This document shows, in pieces, positions 26,680 to 36,473 of a DNA stretch of 64,000 nucleotides. The position numbers were made by a program, and so were the translations under genes. Below the pieces are notes generated by a model, which was not told where the DNA came from, searched no databases, and worked only from the letters and a program-made list of their open reading frames with translations. The DNA comes from Mobula hypostoma (Eukaryota), in the NCBI RefSeq assembly GCF_963921235.1, contig NC_086118.1:26476001-26540000 (forward strand), in the 5' to 3' direction. Position 1 is the first letter of the stretch; each line of letters starts with the position of its first letter.

Positions 26680-29242
26680 TTGCTGGGGAAGAAGTGCAGT
26701 GGGAAACTGGCCTGTTCGCAGGAAGACATAGACCAACATCTGAAGAAGATATACATTGATCCTGAAAGAGAGCAGGAGTTGGGAGAGTGCAACATCCTAA
26801 TAGACCCACCTGAACCGGGAGTGCAGTTCGACATGTCAGAGCTGCAGCTAACGGAAGTCAGAGAGTTCGTCCGCAAAGCAAGGGCAAGCTCGGCTCCAGG
26901 ACCAAGCAACACCTCGTACAAAGTGTACAAGAACTGCCCCAAACTCCTGCTTCGTCTGTGGAAGATCCTGAGAATCTTCTGGAGAAGGGGGAAGATCCCA
27001 GAACAGTGGAGAGTGGCTGAAGGGGTGTGGATCCCGAAGGAGGAAAATGCCACCCAGATAGATCAGTTTTGCATCATCTCCCTGCTGTGTGTCGAGGCCA
27101 AGATCTTCTTCAGTGCAGTTTCCAACCGGTTGTGCACCTACCTAGCAAAGAACACCTATATTGATACATCAGTCCAGAAGGGTGGCATTTTGGGGATGCC
27201 GGGCTGTCTGGAGCACATCGGTGTGGTGACACAGCTCATCAGGGAGGCCAGAGAGAACAAGGGCAACCTGTCAGTGTTGTGGCTGGACCTGGCGAATGCA
27301 TATGGCTCCATTCCGCACAAGCTGGTGCAGCTCACACTGACTAAATATCACGTCCCCAGCAGAATCAGAGACCTTATCGCTGATTATTACAGCAACTTCA
27401 GGATGAGGGTCTCTTCAGGAGCAATTACATCAACCTGGCACAAGGTGGAGGTCGGCATCATCACAGGGTGCACTATCTCAGTGACACTGTTCTCCCTAGC
27501 CATGAACATGCTCACTAAGTCTGCTGAACCAGAGTGCAGAGGGCCCAGAATGAATTCCGCTCAACGGCAACCACCTGTCAGGGCATTCATGGATGACCTC
27601 ACAGTCACCACAGAATCAGTCCCAGGCTGCCGGAGGATTCTGCAAGGGCTCGAAAAGCTGGTGGAGTGGGCCCGGATGCGTTTCAAACCTGCCAAATCAA
27701 GATCGATGGTGCTGAGGAAAGGGAAGGTGGAGAACAAGTTCCGGTTCAGCATCACAGGCACAGCCATCCCAACCATCACAGAAAAGCCAGTCAAGAGCTT
27801 AGGCAAAGTTTTTGACAGCTCTTTAAGGGACACAACATCCATTCAGGCAACCTGCACCGAGTTGGAGGGCTGGCTGAAATCTGTGGACAAGTCTGGCCTA
27901 CCTGGGAAGTTTAAAGCCTGAGTGTATCAGCATGGCATTCTTCCCAGAATCCTGTGGCCCCTCCTCGTCTATGCAGTTCCGATCTCGACAGTCGAAAACT
28001 TAGAGAGGAGGGTTAGCAACCACCTCAGAAGATGGCTGGGGCTGCCAAAGAGCCTGAGCAGCATCGCACTCTATGGACACCACAACAAACTGCAACTGCC
28101 ATTCAAATCCTTGGAGGAAGAATTCAAGGTAACAAGAGCCAGAGAAGTGCTGCAGTACAGGGACTCAAGTGACCCGAAGGTGGCTAGAGCACGGATCCAA
28201 GTAAGTACTGGCAGGAAGTGGAGGGCAGAGGAAGCTGTTCAGGAGGCAGAGGTGAAGCTGCGTCACAGGAGGCTGGTGGGAGTGGTCACACAAGGCCGAG
28301 CTGGGCTAGGATCCTTTCCAACTCCCCAAATGGACACCAGAGGGAAGGAAAGGCGTCGTCTAGTTCAGGAGGAGGTGAGAGCAGTAGTGGAGGAGATGAG
28401 AGCTTGCAAGACAGTGGGAATGAAGCAACAGGGAGCTAGGACAAGATGGGAGAATGCGGTTGAGAGGAAAGTGACCTGGGCTGATCTTTGGAAAGCCGGA
28501 CCACACCGCATCCAACTTCTCATCCAGGCAGTGTACGATGTGCTTCCAAGCCCATCAAACCTGCACACATGGGGCAAGGCAGAGTCATCTGTGTGCCCAC
28601 TGTGCTCCAAACGAGGAACCCTGGAGCACACCCTCAGCGGCTGTGCAAGGGCACTTGGTGAGGGACGGTACAGGTGGAGGCATGATCAGGTCCTGAAGAC
28701 CATCGCTGAAGCCATCAGCGCAGGAGTTGAGTGGGCGAAGTGGACCCAACCCTCCAAGCAGACCACTGCCTTTGTCAGAGCTGGGGAGCAGCCAATACCT
28801 GCCAAAAGAACATCTGCAGGCATTCTGACCTCTGCAAGGGACTGGCAGCTGTTGGTGGACCTCGAAGGGCAGCTGAAGTTCCCCAACCATATCGCAGCCA
28901 CCATCCTGCGACCAGACATTGTCCTAGTGTCTGAGTTGACTAAGCAAGTGGTGCTGCTGGAGCTGACAGTCCCATGGGAAGATAGCTTGGAAGAGGCCTT
29001 TGAAAGGAATCTCTCCAAGTACGCAGGACTGGTCAGCAACTGTCAGCAGGCTGGATGGAGAGTGAGGTGTCTCCCAGTGGAGGTTGGTTGTAGGGGATTT
29101 GTAGCCCATTCTTTAGTGAGAGCCTTCAGCATTTTGGGCCTCGAGGGAGAGAGGGAGAGCCATCCGCAGTACCACCAATGCGGCAGAGAGGGCCTCAAGA
29201 TGGCTGTGGCTCAACAGAGGGGAGCCATGGAGTCATAAGTAG
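26680..29242 (+). pseudogene. RT-RLE polyprotein of the HERO-like element
   Basis: ORFs 26680-27921 and 27922-29238 are in the same frame, split by TGA at 27919-27921 (likely TGG to TGA, KAWVYQH). A frameshift near 29150 hides the natural end RAIRSTTNAAERASRWLWLNRGEPWSHK*, stop at 29240-29242. More stops lie upstream of 26680. Confidence 0.85.
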
Positions 29243-29249
29243 CTAGCCA

Positions 29250-29367
29250 TCTGGACACAAGCTGGGGTCTGATCAGCCCCGGCTGGGTCATCTGGAGGAG
29301 GTTGTATGATGTTGAAAGACCCGAAACACCCGATGATTCCAGGAACATCACTGAAGATGTGTCCAGA
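29250..29367 (+). ncRNA. Structured 3' UTR: candidate strand-permuted hammerhead ribozyme containing a kink-turn
   Basis: Core CUGAAGA 29351-57, GAAA 29323-26, GUA 29304-06. Helices 307-313/344-350, 285-289/318-322, 300-305/326-331, 291-297/337-343, 250-259/358-367 and hairpin 260-284 (add 29000). Manual fold only. Confidence 0.6.
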
Positions 29368-30446
29368 AGCATCAGTGGATGTATGTACACAACAGTCTAA
29401 TAAGTCACTCAAGTGGCAGCACATTCAGCACTTCCTCTGCAATGCACCAGACTGTCAAACCAGATTATTTGATCAAACACATAACTTAACCAAAAAAGTA
29501 CTGATGGGTGGTCTCTACTGGATGCAAATTAGCTGAATCACATAATGAAGCCTCCCAGATTTCCTTTCACTGTGACAAAATTCTTGTCACTCTGCCACCA
29601 CTACGATGGGGATCACGTCTGAATTCATCCACTGGTGTGCCACTGTACCTCCTATGTTAGTTACTCTTCGATCCTTTGACAGACAAGTTGTAAATTTATA
29701 GGTTGTGCTGCTGGTTGCAGCAGACAGAGGCAAAAATTAAAACTGGATTAAACACCACACAAAATTTGAGAACCATAATCCCAGCTTTGCTAGTTAATAC
29801 CCCATCTTTACTTTTGCAACAACTTATTAATAAATCTATTGAAGCAAACTTTACAGAAAAGAGCTTAGGTGCAATTTTGAAGCATAGTTTCTGATTTCCA
29901 TGTTCCAGTATAGAAAATATTTAGAAGAAGACTTCTATATGACTCTTCCTATTAAATTGTCAGGATTACTTGGGACACATGTGCCCGTGGAGGCTCTGGT
30001 ATCCTACCACACAAAATTCAGCATGGATACAGTTTTATATTGTTGTTTCTTAAAAGTTTAGATGAGAGCTCAAAAATACTTTTGGAATAAATATAAATAG
30101 GTAATGCATCTCAAAAGGTAATGTACCTCAAAAGATTTGCTTGTCCGATAAAGCATCAGGCTATATGTATGCACATTACCAGCCTGGACATGAAATGGTA
30201 GTCCACAATTCATCTCGATTTGTTCCTATTTCAAACTGCCTAGTTTGTCCAGATCAGTTTTGAACATTAGCCTTGTCCTTAATTCAAGCTATCTTGAGAC
30301 ACTGTCAGGCTACTTTAAACAACCATTTGAAACTTCATAGGTCTATGTAAACAACAGGAATTCTGCAGATGCTGGAAATTCAAGCAACATACATCAAAGT
30401 TGCTGGTGAACGCAGCAGGCCAAGCAGCATCTATAGGAAGAGGCGC

Positions 30447-30482
30447 AGTCGACGTTTCAGGCCGAGACCCTTCGTCAGGACT
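30447..30482 (-). ncRNA. Minimal type I hammerhead ribozyme, intact core
   Basis: Minus strand AGUC-CUGACGA-AGG-GUCUCGG-CCU-GAAA-CG-UC-GACU: stem I AGUC/GACU, stem II AGG/CCU, palindromic ACGU stem III, GUC triplet. Predicted cut between 30451 and 30450. Confidence 0.85.
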
Positions 30483-30938
30483 AACTGAAGGAAGAGTGAG
30501 TAAGGGATTTGAAAGCTGGAGGGGGAGGGGGAGATGCAAAATGATAGGAGAAGACAGGAGGGGGAGGGATAGAGCCGAGAGCTGGACAGGTGATAGGCAA
30601 AAGGGGATACGAGAGGATCATGGGACAGGAGGTCCGGGAAGAAAGACAAGTGAGGGGGGAACCCAGAGGATGGGCAAGAGGTATATTCAGAGGGACAGAG
30701 GGAGAAAAAGGAGAGTGAGAGAAAGAATGTGTGCATAAAAATGAGTAACAGATGGGGTACGAGGGGGAGGTGGGGCCTTAGCGGAAGTTAGAGAAGTCAA
30801 TGTTCATGCCATCAGGTTGGAGGCTACCCAGACGGAATATAAGGTGTTGTTCCTCCAACCTGAGTGTGGCTTCATCTTTACAGTAGAGGAGGCCATGGAT
30901 AGACATGTCAGAATGGGAATGGGATGTGGAATTAAAAT

Positions 30939-31358
30939 GTGTGGCCACTGGGAGATCCTGCTTTCTCTGGCGGACAGAGCGTAGATGTTCAGCAAAGCGG
31001 TCTCCCAGTCTGCGTCGGGTCTCACCAATATATAAAAGGCACCTTCACCTGTGAGTCGACTGGGGTGATATACTGTGTCCGGTGCTCCCGATGTGGCCTT
31101 TTATATATTGGTGAGACCCGACGCAGACTGGGAGACCGCTTTGCTGAACATCTACGCTCTGTCCGCCAGAGAAAGCAGGATCTCCCAGTGGCCACACATT
31201 TTAATTCCACATCCCATTCCCATTCTGACATGTCTATCCACGGCCTCCTCTACTGTAAAGATGAAGCCACACTCAGGTTGGAGGAACAACACCTTATATT
31301 CCGTCTGGGTAGCCTCCAACCTGATGGCATGAACATTGACTTCTCTAACTTCCGCTAA
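30939..31358 (+). pseudogene. Uninterrupted PLE GIY-YIG endonuclease C-terminal domain, 5'-truncated, no RT
   Basis: FTCESTGVIYCVRCSRCGLLYIGETRRRLGDRFAEHL...VATHFN...H...LEEQHLIFRLGSLQPDGMN: VIY-YIG motif, CxxC, conserved R, E and N. The first ~34 codons come from the inverted arm. Confidence 0.85.
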
Positions 31359-31653
31359 GGCCCCACCTCCCCCTCGTACCCCATCTGTTACTCATTTTTA
31401 TACACACTTTCTTTCTCTCACTCTCCTTTTTCTCCCTCTGTCCCTCTGAATATACCTCTTGCCCATCCTCTGGGTCACCCCCCCCCTTGTCTTTCTTCCC
31501 GGACCTCCTGTCCCATGATCCTCTCGTATCCCCTTTTGCCTATCACCTGTCCAGCTCTCGGCTCTATCCCTCCCCCTCCTGTCTTCTCCTATCATTTTGC
31601 ATCTCCCCCTCCCCCTCCAGCTTTCAAATCCCTTACTCACTCTTCCTTCAGTT

Positions 31654-31688
31654 AGTCCTGACGAAGGGTCTCGGCTGAAACATCGACT
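31654..31688 (+). ncRNA. Minimal type I hammerhead, mutated copy
   Basis: AGUC-CUGACGA-AGGGUCUCGGCU-GAAA-CA-UC-GACU: one C lost from stem II, and ACGU changed to ACAU in stem III. Confidence 0.7.
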
Positions 31689-31914
31689 GCGCCTCTTCCT
31701 ATAGATGCTGCTTGGCCTGCTGCGTTCACCAGCAACTTTGATGTAGGTCTATGTAATATTGAATTTATTGACATATTCCAAATTTTCAAGTTCAAGTTCA
31801 ATTGTCATTTAACCGTACATGAATTTTGTTTATACATGAATAAACAGAAAAGCATTCCTCTGGGGCCAAGGTGTAAAACACATTACCCACAGCACACTGC
31901 ACGTAGCAGCAAGG

Positions 31915-32295
31915 ACAGGACTCACACCACCAGGTTCAGCATGGTTATTACCCTTCAGCCATCAGCCTATTGAACCAAAAGGAATAACTTCACTCAACAC
32001 TTCACCATTGAAATGTTCCCACAATCTATGGGCTCACTTTCAAGGACTCTTCATCTCATGTTCTCAGTATTTATTACTTATTTGTTTATTATTATTATTC
32101 CTTTCTTTTGTATTTGCACAGTTTGAATCTTTTGCATACTGGTTGAATGCCCATGCTGGTGTGCTCCTTCAGTGATTCTGTAATGGTTATTGTTCCATTA
32201 TGGACATACTGACTATGCCCACAAGAAAATGAATGTTTATGGAGACATACACGTACTTTGATAATAAATTTACTTTGAACTTTTTAAACTTTGAA
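31915..32295 (+). mobile_element. Rex1/Babar-type LINE 3' end
   Basis: cacaccaccaggttcag...ttattacccttca...aataaatttactttgaac; same family as 10265-11148. Confidence 0.7.
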
Positions 32296-32440
32296 ATAGC
32301 ATATGTTACGATTTCAGAAAAACATATAGTCTCAAGGGAAAAAACATAATATAGCCCAAGTTACTGAGTGGCATAACTGTAGAAATGATATTAAATTGGC
32401 CTGGTCCAGCTGTTTTTTCTATAGAGTGAACACCAGAAGG

Positions 32441-32682
32441 CAGCACTGAGTGGGCACTGGAGAGCAGTACTGAGCGGGTACCGGAGAGCAGTACTGAGCG
32501 GGTACCGGACAGCAGTACTGAGCGGGTACCGGACAGCAGTACTGAGCGGGTACCGGAGAGCAGTACTGAGTGGGTACCGGACAGCAGTACTGAGCGGGTA
32601 CCGGAGAGCAGTACTGAGCGGGTACCGGAGAGCAGTACTGAGCGGGTACTGGAGGGCAGCACCGAGCGAGCACGGGAGAGCA
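32441..32682. repeat. GC-rich minisatellite, 24-bp unit, about 10 copies
   Basis: Unit AGCAGTACTGAGCGGGTACCGGA(G/C), homogeneous in the middle and decayed at both edges. Confidence 0.95.
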
Positions 32683-35600
32683 GACCAATGGGAGAGGCCA
32701 GCCTCCAACCCAAGTATGGAGTGCAGCAGCCCCACAGAGGCTCTCCCACACCGCCTTGGATCCTAGTCTCCTGGTCGGCTACAACAGGTGCCCCTGCAGT
32801 GTGAGCCTTGTTACCTCCACAACGTAGCTGCCCCATCGTTAGTCTCATCAATGAACCAGTGAACTGCACTTGCAATATTCTACATTACCAATGATCAACA
32901 GGATCTTGCAATCACAATAAGAACTCCCAAGCCACTCACTCACACCATGCACCACTCAACAAGTTCAGGTGACAACACAACAATGGTACGCAATAAGTCC
33001 AGCTCCATCACTATCGAGCAATTTGCTCATGGGGTAGTCCTGCAGTACTTGTTGGTCATAGTATCCAGCAGTGACTTGTGATTGTAACAAAAGACATTCA
33101 AGATGAATGAATATACCTTTGATTAGACCCAGAGTAGCTGCTGCATCCAAACATGCCACCATCTTACTGGTCTCAATTGGCTCTTACGTCTTGCTGATGT
33201 TATTGTGAATTTTATTTAAGTAGTATCCTGCACTAACTGTAGATATTCTCAACCCTGCTGCTGTTCCAGTTTCCTGTCACTTCCTCTCCTATGAAAAGTT
33301 TTCCTTCCAAAACCAGTGCCTGTTCAATTTAATGACATATTTACTTTTCAAAAAAGCATCCTGTAGTTCAACCTAAAGTCATTCATGGAAGAAATATTCT
33401 ATAATGTCTGAAGGAAAACTGGCATTCGATCCGCTGCACAGATGGCCTGCATCTTTCTTAATCAAATTAATGCACTTGATATTAATTATCATCTGCAGCC
33501 CACCTTTTGTGAAGTAGCTCACAGGTACTTTTTACCTCAAATGACTGTTAAATATGTTAAATATGCTGCCTGTTTGACCAACCCCACTAATCTGAACATC
33601 CATAATATTGCATACTTGCTCTGCAGTAAAGTTATAAAAGAACAAAATTTGTTAGCTGCTACCTGCCAATTAGGGAGGACACCTGTCGTGAACAATGAAT
33701 TGTCATAGTCAAATATGTAATATTAAAATCAGGAAAAGCTGAAAACATAATAACAAGGAAAGGTAAAGTTGTACTGTTTTACACCATTACCTCAACTACA
33801 TATAAAGGTCAGACACCTGGCATTATTACAAATCAGAGAGTTATAAGTGGCCTTGTTCAGCGTGACAAGAAATAAGCTCATGTCACTAATGGAAATTTCA
33901 GTTGCTTTCAATTTTACATTAACCTATTGATTTATTCCCTAACAAAGTGGCAGCTAATAATTTTGCCCTGAAATAACACTACAGGGTAACAATATACTAA
34001 CACTTAATATATTTGTCTGGAGCTCCAGTGTTAGTTATTCCAGCAATCATGTTACTGCATTTATGTTAAACGTGCTAGCCCTTATTGTAAAATACGATGC
34101 AAGAAATTATCCCACTATGTAATTTCGAGGGTTTTTTTCCTAAGGTACAACAACTGCTATTAAATTACAGAACATGTAAATTACTCTGTTTTCTTCAGAG
34201 AGCAGGACATTTTTATGATAAGATGTAACAGAGAAGCAAGTGAGGAAATTTTATGGGGAGAACAAAGAAATAAAAGAGGATTGAAGGCTGCAGTGGGAAT
34301 TGTGTACAGCCCCCTTGGCTGCTCAGAGTATTAATGGAGAGATCAGGCAAGCACGTAGTAAAGGTGAAATGGTTTTAGCAGCAAATCTTAACTTGAGGAA
34401 AGCAGATGAGCATGGCAGAATGAAGGAAATTTCCTGAGGGTATTCAAAAGGACCTTCTGCAGCAATATTTCTAAGAGCCATCATGGGTTCAGACAATAAA
34501 AGAGGGATGAGCCAAGTTACACTAATAGCAAATCGCTTCACGAGCATTGATCTAATTGTAATTGTAATATGGTCATTGGAAAGAGGAAAGGTGTATTAGG
34601 TACTAAAATTCAAGACTGGCCAGTTTTGAGATCGAATATCCATAGTGAATCAGCCACAAGTGCTAATAGCTGAAATCACAGCAGAGCAGTGGGAAGTGTT
34701 CCAAGGTATTCAACGTGATGCAGAACTGGTATAAACTCACCAGAGGAAATACTCAGATTACTAAATAATAAAATATGGAAATGGCTTTGAATCGGAACTC
34801 AGAGCAGATGAAAGTACATTGAATTGGACATCTCAAGTATACCAATATGGAAACAGGGAGGAGTCATGGTCATAGAGTGAAATAGCATGGACACAAATCC
34901 TTCAGTCCAAATACTCATTGGTGACCATGGTGCCCATCAAACATAATCAAACAAATTTGCCAACACTTAGCCTATATCAGATCCAGAATTAGATTTTTTA
35001 AATCACATGTACATCAAAACATACACTGAAATGTGTCATTTGCATTAACAAGCAACACACCCATGCATGTGCCAGGAAAAGCCCGTTAGTTTCACTACAC
35101 ATTCCAACACAAATACTACACACCCACAAAGCTTGACAGGGCAACACGGAACCCAATTAAACAGGACATAACAAGCAACAAAGAAACAACAGTGAAACAA
35201 GCCCCATTCCTCCAGCCCTCTCATCCACAGTCCTCTAACCCCAGGACAGGCCATCTTCTTCAGCCTCCACCAGAATCATGGATTTGTAAACGCTGGGCCC
35301 CAACATCCTCAGCAGACTCACAGAGATTTGCAGACGCAGACTCCGGCCATCATGGTGTGACTTATGGACTCCTGATCGACCTTCGGGCTTCGACCTGGAC
35401 CTTTGATCAACCTTTGGGCTTCGATCTGGACTTCTTATCAATATCTCTAAACCCTACCTATCCATGTATTTGCCAATTAAATTTAAAACATTGTTGAAGG
35501 ACAACAAAAATAAAATCCCATAAGCAAACTAACAATAATGAAGAAAACTGGCAAATTAGCACCAAATCCCTAGAAAAGAAGTTCCCCTTTCAGCATTTTA

Positions 35601-35918
35601 AAAGAAGTAGGTGAAAACGTTGAAAATCTCTGCACTTTCATCAACAATTCCTTTCCAGAATCTGAAAGCACTGCCTTAATTTGGAAAATGTGAAAAGTCA
35701 CTCTCCTACATCGGAAGCATGAGGCAGAAATTCCAAAATATTGTAGACCAGTTAATAATTTATTGGAGTCTGAGTTAAGGATCTCCTAACCAAACATCAG
35801 TTGAAAATTTCAAGGCAAGAGCCTGCTGCCTTGAAGTAGTTGGAGATTCTGAGTCAAGGGGCTTCATGTATGTAGAACTGGCAGCTGCTATGCCAAGGAG
35901 CTGCATTACTGTCTGTTG

Positions 35919-36473
35919 CAGACATCCCACCCTGCAAAAACTCATTTCCGGGAGGTAGCACCATCAATTTGCGGGAGACTCCCGGAACTTCCAGGAGAGG
36001 TGGGATGTCTGCAATACAGTAGCTCCTTAGCAGCTAGCCAGCGAGGTTAAATAATGTTAGCTATGCTAATGAACGAATGACACCTGTTAAACTCACCTCA
36101 ACATGTCTTTTACAGTCTTAACCCACCATGGGCAATAGAAAAGTCACTGTTGCAAACAGTGCAGCGAGCAACACTGTCATTATTTTGACCCCTATTAGGC
36201 AGGGGTACACTTTAGTGTAGTCTGGGGTGAACATTTTTTTTGGAAGACTCTGCCATGGTGCGTGCTCTCTCTCTCTTGCTCTCGCTTGCTTTCTCTCTCG
36301 CACTCTCTCTCTCTCTTGCTCTCGCTTGCTTTCTCTCTCGCTCTCTCTTGCTTTCTCTTGCTCGCTCTCAAAAAAATTGATTTCCGTGATATTGTATATA
36401 ATTTGCGGGCATCAGGAAGCCACTATTCATATGCGGGAGACTCCCGAAACTTCCGGGAGAGGTAGGATGTCTG
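35919..36473. mobile_element. Non-autonomous TIR DNA element (hAT-like) with a duplicated right end
   Basis: Left TIR CAGACATCCCACC; right end gcgggagactccc...GG(T)(G/A)GGATGTCTG at both ~35971-36011 and ~36433-36473; internal CT-rich microsatellite. Confidence 0.7.

Larger units (their letters stand above)
26180..29392 (+). mobile_element. HERO-like RLE non-LTR retrotransposon, 5'-truncated and mutated
   Basis: One interrupted ORF: RT (SAPGP, VQKGG, WLDLANAYGS, GIITGCTIS, AFMDDL), CCHC knuckle CPLCSKRGTLEHTLSGC, WRHDQVL, and PD-(D/E)xK-type RLE RPDIVLVSE...LLELTVPWE...KY. GC-richer than the flanks. Clade assigned by motif recognition. Confidence 0.88.
30351..31743. mobile_element. Young Neptune-type PLE insertion forming a ~650-bp-arm palindrome, 13-bp TSD
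   Basis: TSD TAGGTCTATGTAA at 30338-30350 and 31744-31756; arms 30392-31040 and 31096-31743 are near-identical inverted copies around a 55-nt spacer. Confidence 0.93.

Noticed and set aside
27919..27921. Programmed readthrough or selenocysteine at the in-frame TGA of the HERO-like ORF, with the 3' UTR K-turn as a SECIS
   Set aside because: The context suggests a Trp codon mutated TGG to TGA; the element has other stops and a frameshift; the K-turn lacks the SECIS apical helix and AAR loop geometry.
26445..29109. Long antisense ORFs over the HERO-like element
   Set aside because: Expected shadows of a GC-rich coding region; no recognisable motifs.
32306..32875. 189-aa repetitive protein (and Cys/Pro-rich alternative frames)
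   Set aside because: Arises from the 24-bp minisatellite; no splice signals or homology support.
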